From Candidatus Poribacteria bacterium (lineage in GTDB: Bacteria > Poribacteria > WGA-4E > PCPOR2b), in the NCBI GenBank assembly GCA_965208325.1, contig OZ242326.1, positions 736,001 through 800,000 on the forward strand: a stretch of 64,000 nt of DNA. The letters run 5' to 3'. Shown in pieces: positions 21,031 to 29,556 of the stretch; within the stretch, counting starts at the first letter, position 1, and every line of letters starts with the position of its first letter. The notes beneath the pieces are model-generated. The model was not told the DNA's origin, did not search any database, and worked only from the letters and a program-made list of their open reading frames with translations. The translations under genes were made by a program, and so were the position numbers.

Positions 21031-21666
21031 ATGAATCTGCAGGAAATCTCCCTTGGACGTCATGCACCTTCGATAGTCAATGTCGTCATTGAAGCATCGA
21101 AGAACAGTCAGGAGAAATATCACTTCCACGCCAAGAGCGGCAGATTTAAACTGGCGTATAAGTTCAGCGTGCCGGTTCCAACAGAATACGGTTGGATACC
21201 AGAAACCATAGCGGAGGATGGACACTTCCTCAATGCCATGGTGATTGGTCGTGAGCCGACTCACCCGGGTTATATCTGTGAGGCGCGCCCGATTGGCATG
21301 CTGAAACGGAAAGACAACGATCATCACATAATTTGTGTTTTGCTGGGCGACGAAGAGTACGCTTCTATTCAGGATATTGCCGACCTGAATATCAATTGGA
21401 TACGGAAGATTGTCGCCTTTTTTGAACCTTACTTTGAGTTGTCCGGGTGGTTGACCAGAATTGAAGCAATAGAGGCGATTAAATCCGCACACGGGAAATA
21501 CCGGACTAGGCGCAGACGGCCGCACACAGCAAGAGGGCGCAGAAACAAACCGGCTCTAAGTAGTTCAATCAATAGCCGCACGCCGCAAGCCGACTTTGGC
21601 GATGACCGTGAGCGAGTTGATGCACCTTATCCGGCGGAGGAAGAGGATGCCCACCCCAACAATTGA
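21031..21666 (+). CDS. Family I inorganic pyrophosphatase-like protein with degenerate active site
   Basis: VNVVIE..K.S..KY, PTEYGWIPET and RPIGML match the family, but DGDPLD reads DGHFLN. Confidence 0.7.
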   Translation: MNLQEISLGRHAPSIVNVVIEASKNSQEKYHFHAKSGRFKLAYKFSVPVPTEYGWIPETIAEDGHFLNAMVIGREPTHPGYICEARPIGMLKRKDNDHHIICVLLGDEEYASIQDIADLNINWIRKIVAFFEPYFELSGWLTRIEAIEAIKSAHGKYRTRRRRPHTARGRRNKPALSSSINSRTPQADFGDDRERVDAPYPAEEEDAHPNN

Positions 21667-22717
21667 GTGGGTTGATGGCGGCGTACGTTTGATTGATCAA
21701 ACGTTGCTGCCGAATGAACTCAAACAGATAGATTGTGATGATGTAGAATGCGTTTGGGAAGCGATAAAGTCGCTTAGGGTTCGCGGTGCACCCGCGATTG
21801 GAATAGCGGGTGCCTTGGGCACAGTGTTAGGCATCTGGAACTCAAAAGAAACAAGATTCGCTGAATTTGTCGATGAACTTCATGGGGTGACAGACTATCT
21901 TGCGTCCTCTCGTCCAACGGCCGTGAACCTGTTTTGGGCGCTTGACCGCATGAAGATGACAGCAGCAAAGCACAAACATCTAGAGATTGCCGAGATCAAG
22001 CAGGTGTTGCTGGATGAAGCACTGAAAATCATCGATGAAGACCGCGCGATGTGCCGCGCGATCGGAGAACACGGTCTGAGTCTCATCAAAAACAACGATA
22101 CAATTTTGACACATTGTAATGCCGGAGGATTAGCGACTGCTGACTATGGGACGGCTCTAGCAGTGATGTTCAAAGCTCATGAGTCCGGTAAGAATATTCG
22201 AGTCTACGCCGATGAGACGCGGCCGCTGCTCCAGGGATCCCGCTTGACGACTTGGGAGCTGATGCAAGCGGGTATAGATGTGACGCTTATCTGCGACAAC
22301 ATGGCAGCACAAGTGATGAAAGAGGGTAAAATTCAGTGCGTTATTGTGGGCGCGGACCGTATCGCAGCAAATGGAGACGCAGCAAATAAAATTGGAACCT
22401 ACGGCGTCGCTGTACTAGCTGAAGCACATGAAATCCCATTCTATGTCGCTGCCCCAACATCAACACTTGATTTCTCCATAGACACCGGAGCGCAAATCCC
22501 CATTGAACAGCGCCGCGCTGAAGAAATAACAGAGGGGTTTGGGAGACAGACTGCTCCGGAAGGCGTCAAAGTTTACAGTCCTGCCTTCGATGTTACACCA
22601 GCCCGCCTAATTGATGCAATTATCACGGACAAGGGAATCGCCCGCCCGCCCTATGAAATCAACCTGAAGGCGCTTGCCGAAAATCGAGAAATGCCCAACT
22701 ACGCTCAGAGTAGCTAA
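21647..22717 (+). CDS. mtnA: S-methyl-5-thioribose-1-phosphate isomerase
   Basis: VRGAPAIG, RPTAVNL, LTHCNAGGLAT, ETRPLLQGSRLT, NKIGTY; GGAGG RBS before ATG 21647. Confidence 0.95.
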   Translation: MPTPTIEWVDGGVRLIDQTLLPNELKQIDCDDVECVWEAIKSLRVRGAPAIGIAGALGTVLGIWNSKETRFAEFVDELHGVTDYLASSRPTAVNLFWALDRMKMTAAKHKHLEIAEIKQVLLDEALKIIDEDRAMCRAIGEHGLSLIKNNDTILTHCNAGGLATADYGTALAVMFKAHESGKNIRVYADETRPLLQGSRLTTWELMQAGIDVTLICDNMAAQVMKEGKIQCVIVGADRIAANGDAANKIGTYGVAVLAEAHEIPFYVAAPTSTLDFSIDTGAQIPIEQRRAEEITEGFGRQTAPEGVKVYSPAFDVTPARLIDAIITDKGIARPPYEINLKALAENREMPNYAQSS

Positions 22718-22793
22718 AATAGCTCGAAGTTGGTTCAGTGAGTTTGGCTTTAACCGAAACACCGCTAACCGGCACACCATTTTAAGGATGAAA

Positions 22794-24152
22794 ATGGCAA
22801 CCCCTGTTGTGATGCCCAAGCTAGGGCAGTCTGTAGAAAGTTGCATTATCGTCAGTTGGAAAAAAGAAAAAGGGGATTCTATCGCTGAAGGCGATTTGCT
22901 CTGCGAAATAGAAACCGATAAGGCAACGCTGGAACTGGAAAGCACCGCTACTGGGACGATATTGGAACTATTTTTCAGCGAAGGCGATGAGGTCCAGGTT
23001 CAGTCCAATATCGCCGTCATTGGGGAACCTGGAGAAGATGTGAATAGCTGGCGGACTGACTCGGTGGCAGAGACCCCCGCGGGCGAAGGCACTTATCGTA
23101 ATACCGGTGCCGCAGTTGAGCCGGCTCCAAACGAACAGAATACCACGTCGCAGACTCCTATCATCCAAGCGACTCCGACACGAACAAGTTTAAATTCTAC
23201 TAGGATATCGCCTCGTGCCGCGCATTTGGCAGCAAAGCACAGCGTAAATATTGCACATATTCGTGGAACAGGCCCTAGCGGCCGCATAATCGAACGAGAT
23301 ATACAAACGTCCCTCGCCGACAGACAGCCGTTGACACCTCGTGCGAAGACTGCGGCGGCACAGGACCACCTCATTGCACCAACCCATGGTTCAGGAATTG
23401 GCGGGCGAGTGACCGCTGGAGATTTGCGTGCTAATGCGATTACACCTTCACCGGAGAGTGAAATTCACGAGATTCCGCTCAAAGGAATAAGAAAGATTGT
23501 CGCCGAGCGTATGTTACGTTCCATGCAATCCACCGCTCAACTCACACTCAATGCATCGGCGAATGCAAGCGCGTTACTCGCGTACCGTGAGTGTTTGAAG
23601 CAAAGCGAGGAATCGCTCGACTTACGAGGCATCACCGTCAACGATTTAATGCTATTCGCCGTGTCAAGGACATTGGCTGAATACCCTGATTTAAATGCGC
23701 TTTTTACGGAAGACACAATTTACCGATATCGGGACGTACACCTAGGGTTTGCAGTGGATACGGCTCGCGGTTTAATAGTGCCGGTAATCCAGAATGCCAA
23801 CACGTTGAATTTGAAAGGCATTTCCCAAGAATCGAAAAGGCTCGCCGACGCATGTATAAAAGGAAATGTATCGCCCGACGCATTGACCGGCGGAACCTTT
23901 ACAGTGACGAACCTCGGGGGATTAGGGATCGAGAACTTTACACCCATTCTCAATCCGCCTCAGGCAGGAATTCTTGGAATAGGAAGCGTAAACCTAAAAC
24001 CCATGGAAATTCAAGGCGACGTGCAGTTTGTTCCGCACATTGCATTATCTTTAACAATAAACCACCAAGTGGTTGATGGCGCGCCTGCCGCGCGGTTTCT
24101 GCAGACTTTATCGAAACGATTAGCAAATTTCAATTTTTTGTTGGCTATGTAA
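22794..24152 (+). CDS. Dihydrolipoamide acyltransferase (E2) of a 2-oxoacid/acetoin dehydrogenase
   Basis: Lipoyl domain ETDKAT, E3-binding GTGPSGRI, GGTFTVTNLG, and catalytic region NHQVVDGA. Confidence 0.92.
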   Translation: MATPVVMPKLGQSVESCIIVSWKKEKGDSIAEGDLLCEIETDKATLELESTATGTILELFFSEGDEVQVQSNIAVIGEPGEDVNSWRTDSVAETPAGEGTYRNTGAAVEPAPNEQNTTSQTPIIQATPTRTSLNSTRISPRAAHLAAKHSVNIAHIRGTGPSGRIIERDIQTSLADRQPLTPRAKTAAAQDHLIAPTHGSGIGGRVTAGDLRANAITPSPESEIHEIPLKGIRKIVAERMLRSMQSTAQLTLNASANASALLAYRECLKQSEESLDLRGITVNDLMLFAVSRTLAEYPDLNALFTEDTIYRYRDVHLGFAVDTARGLIVPVIQNANTLNLKGISQESKRLADACIKGNVSPDALTGGTFTVTNLGGLGIENFTPILNPPQAGILGIGSVNLKPMEIQGDVQFVPHIALSLTINHQVVDGAPAARFLQTLSKRLANFNFLLAM

Positions 24153-24252
24153 CCGAGCTAAATCATCGCAGAAATAGCGGTCGACATGGATTTGGCGAGT
24201 CGATGTGTGCTTGAGATGTCGGAAATAGGTAACCACATAACGGGAGATTGGA

Positions 24253-25041
24253 ATGCCGAAATATGGCATTATCGCTTTATTACTGATCGTACCTATGACT
24301 GCGGGCTGCGCCACACCGTATGTGCGACAATGGGAGTCACAACTTTGGCAAGTGCCAAACGAAACCGATGGCGCAACACCTGAATTCGGCAAGTTCAAAG
24401 CGGAGGATTTAGATTTTGGAATAATCTGTACAGAATTCCGGCAGGTCGGTAATCCAAATAACCGTATCATCGGCATTGGTGTCTCATGCCGCAATGACGC
24501 TAGGGAGCCAATGTCTTTGCCGTTAAATCCAATTCAGGTTGTTGACGTGTCAAAAGTATTGGTAAAACCTCTCTCCCTGAACCACGTTATGTATAAGTTT
24601 TACGGGGGCGGGTTGCGTGAAGATGCACAGATTGAACGCCTTGCCGAAACCAGTAAGCCGTTAGCCGCTTACGGGAGTTCATTCTTGGATAACGTGCTTA
24701 TCGGGGTAATAAATGCATACCGGGAATACGAACACGGGGCAATTATTACTGAATTCCACCGCAAGGAAGCATTGCCCTACGATTTGTATTACAAGCGATT
24801 CACGCCTACTGTACTACCGGCGGAGGTGTCAACAGTCTGGGTAACATATTACCCTTTTGCAACCGACACAATTACAATCATGTTTCACGGAGGAAACGTC
24901 GAAGATGGTGTACTATTCCAGCAACCCCCGCCACCACCACCGACAGCCGCTTCCGATCCACCACCGTCTAATGCGAGACGCCTATTTATGTCATTTTTGG
25001 CAGGGGTCACCATTTGGATTTTTGTAGTTAGTATCACGTAA
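24253..25041 (+). CDS. Hypothetical lipoprotein with Pro-rich linker and C-terminal TM helix
   Basis: Lipobox-like TAG-C after a hydrophobic stretch; QPPPPPP linker; hydrophobic C-terminus. Confidence 0.65.
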   Translation: MPKYGIIALLLIVPMTAGCATPYVRQWESQLWQVPNETDGATPEFGKFKAEDLDFGIICTEFRQVGNPNNRIIGIGVSCRNDAREPMSLPLNPIQVVDVSKVLVKPLSLNHVMYKFYGGGLREDAQIERLAETSKPLAAYGSSFLDNVLIGVINAYREYEHGAIITEFHRKEALPYDLYYKRFTPTVLPAEVSTVWVTYYPFATDTITIMFHGGNVEDGVLFQQPPPPPPTAASDPPPSNARRLFMSFLAGVTIWIFVVSIT

Positions 25042-25152
25042 CCAACCGCGCAATTTCATTCGGGACGACGCTGAGAAGTTTCTATTACGGTATGTAAAAT
25101 CCCGAGGATAGATTCGCATCGTGTTTTGTTCATACACTACTACACTGAGTTT

Positions 25153-26109
25153 TTAACCAATCCGATATTTACCCAACCCGAACATGGCGTTTTTGCCGAT
25201 GTGTAGGAGTTCCCCTAGCACAACAAACGGCATAAACATCGCTAATTCACCTTCATACGTCACATTACCAACCAGTCCGTCGAACTGCGCCTTCTTATCC
25301 TGCCGCGAGGTATGTTGTGTCACATCTTTCCACTCAAGTGAGGTTTCGGTCGTCTCAACTGTCTTCGCCTTTTCAATTAGTTCTTTAAAGTCGATTTCTA
25401 GCGATTCGCCGCAATGGAAATACGCCAGCGCCGAGATGCGTTCAATCAAATGCTTCCAGAAGATGTGGAACGGCAGCTTATCCGCTAACTTTCCGTCATG
25501 CGCAATCCGTGTTGGTGCCAGTAGGTGGAGCGTCAAGGTATTCAACGAGTCAAAACGCGCAGCGAGCAATGATAAGGCTTCCCTCTGAATCTCGGCGAAT
25601 CTGAGCGCGTTATCAAAATTGTGCACCATCTGCGTGTCGCTATCATAGACCGATTCTCTGCTGTCAGTCAGGACTTGGGTTAACTGAAAGCGTCCACGCT
25701 TCTTGCCAATGCCACTCTCGCCCAAGTCGCGGAAACTGACTAAAAAATATGGGAGGTGATCAATAGCGCGGCCGATGAGTGTAAGTTGAAATGCGAAGGA
25801 TTCGCCGCGGCGGTATTCGCCTTGCGTGCCCAACGGGTCAATTACGAACGGCCTGGGCACATCGTCGTAAGCTGGGAATTGATCCGCGCCCTCGAAGGGG
25901 GCGGTTTCGAAGTTGTAAGGGTAGGAACAGACTGTATTGAGGGTGCATTCTCGGCAGTCAATGGATCCTTGCGTGCAGACCAACTTTCGGAATGCCGGTC
26001 CGAATCCGGCCTGGAGGGTAGAGCCGGTGTAAGGCGGCATCATAATTGTCGATCTCGCCGTTAGAATCACATGGTAACGCGCAAGACGGAAGTTTTGGAG
26101 TAAGCTCAT
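25153..26109 (-). CDS. cas6: CRISPR pre-crRNA processing endoribonuclease Cas6 (orphan)
   Basis: GSTLQAGFG, Cys cluster C-x6-CxxC-x5-C, VPRPFVI, and C-terminal G-loop HIGKNAMFGLGKY. Confidence 0.88.
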   Translation of the reverse strand: MSLLQNFRLARYHVILTARSTIMMPPYTGSTLQAGFGPAFRKLVCTQGSIDCRECTLNTVCSYPYNFETAPFEGADQFPAYDDVPRPFVIDPLGTQGEYRRGESFAFQLTLIGRAIDHLPYFLVSFRDLGESGIGKKRGRFQLTQVLTDSRESVYDSDTQMVHNFDNALRFAEIQREALSLLAARFDSLNTLTLHLLAPTRIAHDGKLADKLPFHIFWKHLIERISALAYFHCGESLEIDFKELIEKAKTVETTETSLEWKDVTQHTSRQDKKAQFDGLVGNVTYEGELAMFMPFVVLGELLHIGKNAMFGLGKYRIG

Positions 26110-26119
26110 CGGTTTAATC

Positions 26120-26149
26120 TTTTTACCATCTTGTGTTGATAATTGTCAA
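26120..26149 (-). promoter_or_regulatory. Putative cas6 promoter, near-leaderless
   Basis: Minus strand TTGACA(26149-26144)-18nt-TAAAAA(26125-26120), preceded by TGG; ends 10 nt before the ATG, with no SD. Confidence 0.45.
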
Positions 26150-26295
26150 TGAAAAAATGCACCATCTAATCGCGCCGCAAACAAAACAATCGAGTCGATT
26201 CATGCTAATTTAACAATGATTTGAAATTCTCAACCCAGGCAACGCAGGCTTGGTTATATTCCTTAGTACGGCGGAGTACATCAAGCAGATTAGAC

Positions 26296-26324
26296 TTGTT
26301 AATTTATTAACAACGCGCTATAAT
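26296..26324 (+). promoter_or_regulatory. Sigma-70 promoter overlapped by a Rex-box-like palindrome
   Basis: TTGTTA-17nt-TATAAT; palindrome TTGTTAATTTATTAACAA at 26296-26313. Confidence 0.6.
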
Positions 26325-26510
26325 ATACATCATATCTCGTACCGGGTAGGACTGAAAATTAGTGCATGAATCAACCGATTCTAACGTTGATTTTACCGCT
26401 GTCCGCTAAGCGGAGTCCACCGAACCGTCGCAGTATTTTTGAATTAGCGTTGACCGAGCCCGTCTCAACTCATCCTGGACGTTTTTGTACATTTGAACAG
26501 GAGGAATTTT

Positions 26511-27887
26511 ATGAACAGCGGCGAAAAAGCAATTCGTTGGTTCAGAATTAAATTGGCAATGTTAATGGTACTAAAAAAGATGCTCGCGGCCGCAACGGTT
26601 TGGGGGTTGCTTTGGGGCACCGCGATTATCGTGCTCCGCGCAACTATCGGGATGCCGCGTTTCACGCTGCTGGTCGGCGTTATCGGTCTATCAATTGCCG
26701 TAATCGTTGCTATTATACTCGCGTTGCGTAAAATTCCGAATCGGATTGCCGTAAGAGCTAGCCTAGACAAATACAGCGGCTCCGGCGGGCTTGTGATGGC
26801 GGCAGAAACTGAAGCACTTGGAAAATGGTCTGAACAAATGCCGCGGATCCACCAGCCGCGTTTCCGTTGGCGTGGGGGCATTTCTTTAATCCGCTTTGCA
26901 GGGGCTGCCGTATTCTTATTTATTAGCTTCTTGATTCCGCAACGGTTTGTCGAAATCTCTAAAGCACACCCTCTTGATATCAGCGAAGAGGTCAACAAAT
27001 TGGCGGACGGACTTGATGTGCTCAAAGAAGAAGAGATTATAGAATTAACCCAGGCGGAAGCGCTCGAAGAAAAACTGGATCAGCTGCAAACGGAGGCTGC
27101 AGGCGAAGATCCAGCCAAGACATGGGAAGCGTTGGATCATCTCACGGATGTCATCTCGCAAGAATCCACGGCCGCTGCGGAGGACGCCCTGAACGAAACC
27201 GAAAGCTTGATGGAGGCAGAAACCCTGTCTGATGCGTTAATGAACGATGCATCAGAGATGGAATCCCGTCTGTTAGCGGAGGCAATGACGGCGTTGTCCG
27301 GTTTGCTTCAGAAGGCGGGTGAAGAGAATGAGCTGCTCGCTGAACAGCTTTCAAATTTGGATGCCGATGCGGCTGAGTTTACGTCCGAGCAGCTTAAAGA
27401 AATCTCCGCGGCGTTGCGTCTTTCTAAACGAGAAATCATGGATCGCCTAGCGAAGCTTTATGAAGTAAACCTAATTGATTTGGAAACGCTGAATGCATGT
27501 GAGAAGCTTGGGGAGTGCAACAGCGATGGCCTTGCCGCTTTCCTCGCCGAAAACTCGGGACTCATGTCGGTATCCGATTGCGTCGGCGGTTGGTGTCGAG
27601 GCGGTATCGGACGCGGACCTGGCCATGCCCCCATGACCTGGACCGACGGCTCCACGGAGGAAGGTGCGGAGTTCAAGGAAGAAACTCTTCCACTATCGAA
27701 CATAGCGTCTCTAGAGGATAGTGAAATCTTTGGGGTTAGCGCGGCTGCACCGTCAATAGAGGCATCCAATCCGATAAAGCAATCGGCAGCACTCAATGGT
27801 GCGGCGGTTGGCGGCGGTTCATCCGTTACGCAAACCGTCCTGCCCCGCCACAAAGCGTCGGTTAAACGATATTTTGACAGACCGTAA
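26511..27887 (+). CDS. Membrane-anchored coiled-coil protein of the MoxR/VWA cluster
   Basis: N-terminal TM helices, long acidic helical region, GRGPG motif and a C-terminus VKRYF; AGGAGG RBS before ATG 26511. Confidence 0.7.
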   Translation: MNSGEKAIRWFRIKLAMLMVLKKMLAAATVWGLLWGTAIIVLRATIGMPRFTLLVGVIGLSIAVIVAIILALRKIPNRIAVRASLDKYSGSGGLVMAAETEALGKWSEQMPRIHQPRFRWRGGISLIRFAGAAVFLFISFLIPQRFVEISKAHPLDISEEVNKLADGLDVLKEEEIIELTQAEALEEKLDQLQTEAAGEDPAKTWEALDHLTDVISQESTAAAEDALNETESLMEAETLSDALMNDASEMESRLLAEAMTALSGLLQKAGEENELLAEQLSNLDADAAEFTSEQLKEISAALRLSKREIMDRLAKLYEVNLIDLETLNACEKLGECNSDGLAAFLAENSGLMSVSDCVGGWCRGGIGRGPGHAPMTWTDGSTEEGAEFKEETLPLSNIASLEDSEIFGVSAAAPSIEASNPIKQSAALNGAAVGGGSSVTQTVLPRHKASVKRYFDRP

Positions 27888-28374
27888 TGCGTCGTTGACG
27901 TAAGCATAGTTTTATTGACTCGCAATTAAATTTACACGGTAATTTTTGAACCTACCGAAACGCGATGATGCCAGCCATCATATCTCCTACTAATGTCACT
28001 AACAAAACACGGGGCGCTAGGTGTTGTATTGCCGGTGGTATGCCGCGTAAAGAAGCCAAATTGTTTCAAAAGGCTATTTCAATTTCGATGATGATAGATA
28101 CTCATGGTTAGCTTTCTTGATATAGATACTCTAATTCACATCAGCCGTCGGAATTGGCACTATCCGGCAATCCAGTGGCGAGTGCGATAGGCTTTACTGT
28201 AGGTTAAAACTATCACCCTCCTTTATTAGCCAGTTGATCCGCTTTTGACTAAGGGCGGAATCCTCGATTGAAGCGCAACGCGCAAGTAATATCTCTTGAC
28301 TGGTAAAGTTCTTCGCAAAAATTTTGGATTTTCCGGACAGCTTATTCACCCTCTCACTCCGCACCGAAGATATA

Positions 28375-29430
28375 ATGCCAGATAACGAGAAATCCGAAAG
28401 CCTTCTTCAACCTGAAGAACTGAGGCCCGCTGTCGATCTTGCGGCGAGAGCACTTGCGGAACTCGACCGAATCCTGCTCGGTCGTTCCGATTTGCATCGC
28501 ATGGTACTCATCGGAATTCTGAGTCATGGACACATTCTGCTTGAGGGTGTGCCCGGTGTTGGTAAAACTGCGCTTGTCAAGGCGTTGGGTCAGCTACTTA
28601 ACCTCGAATTCAACCGCGTACAGTTCACGCCAGACTTGATGCCGGGCGACATTGTCGGTACACATATCCTGCAGCAATCCCCGGAGGGGAGTCGGGAAAT
28701 GACGTTCCAAGCGGGACCAGTTTTCACGAACATCCTGCTCGCCGATGAGATTAATCGCGCTTCTCCGAAAACCCAATCCGCATTGCTTGAGGCAATGCAG
28801 GAGCGTTGCGTCACGCTGCTTGGGAATACTCGCCCGTTGCCGAATCCTTTTTTCGTCCTCGCCTCCCAAAACCCAATCGAATTGGAGGGAACGTACCCGC
28901 TCCCCGAAGCACAGTTGGATCGATTCCTGTTCAAACTAATCGTCCCAAGCGCCGACGTGGCGGTGCTCGACGACATTATCTCAACCCGCCGGCGCGGCGA
29001 ACCGCCCGTACCCGCATGGTCAATGAGCGCCGAGGAACTGCATCAGCTATTCGACGTGATGGATAAAATATTTTTGCCCAAGCCCGTTTCGCGGTACATT
29101 TCACGTTTGACCGCATCTACCCATCCAAATTTTCCTGAGTCTACCGATGATGTTCGAAGATACGTTACCTACGCCGCATCGCCGCGAGCCGCGATAGCGA
29201 TGGCGGAGGCGGCGCGAGCCTCTGCTTTGATTTCGGGCCGCCCAACGGTTGGATTTGAAGATGTGAAATCGGTCGCTTCGTCCGTGCTGAATCATCGCGT
29301 AATTTTGAATTATCAGGCCCGCTTCGATAGTGTGGATACCTTCGCAGTAGTAAGTAGTCTTCTTGACTCCCTTGACGAAACTAACATGAATCTGCCCGAC
29401 GACGTTGAGATTCGATTCGAGTCAGAGTGA
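28375..29430 (+). CDS. moxR: MoxR family AAA+ ATPase
   Basis: LLEGVPGVGKT, RVQFTPDLMPGD, LADEINRASPKTQSALLEAMQE, NPIELEGTYPLPEAQLDRF. Confidence 0.95.
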   Translation: MPDNEKSESLLQPEELRPAVDLAARALAELDRILLGRSDLHRMVLIGILSHGHILLEGVPGVGKTALVKALGQLLNLEFNRVQFTPDLMPGDIVGTHILQQSPEGSREMTFQAGPVFTNILLADEINRASPKTQSALLEAMQERCVTLLGNTRPLPNPFFVLASQNPIELEGTYPLPEAQLDRFLFKLIVPSADVAVLDDIISTRRRGEPPVPAWSMSAEELHQLFDVMDKIFLPKPVSRYISRLTASTHPNFPESTDDVRRYVTYAASPRAAIAMAEAARASALISGRPTVGFEDVKSVASSVLNHRVILNYQARFDSVDTFAVVSSLLDSLDETNMNLPDDVEIRFESE

Positions 29431-29556
29431 GTTTGGATCGTGAACCATCGTAACTAGAATTTGGCAATAGCTGAAAATCAACCCTCATTTAATACCAATT
29501 GATACAAGACAGCGTATCACTTTTGCCAAAACTGACATAATCGGAGGAATCTACCA

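Noticed and set aside
26136..26149. FNR-like box TTGATAATTGTCAA
   Set aside because: One mismatch to the consensus and already explained by the TTGACA -35 on the minus strand.
26148..26157. Spacer 5' end (TTTTTCATT) matches the minus strand at the cas6 -35 box
   Set aside because: Only about 9 nt of AT-rich identity, which is expected by chance.
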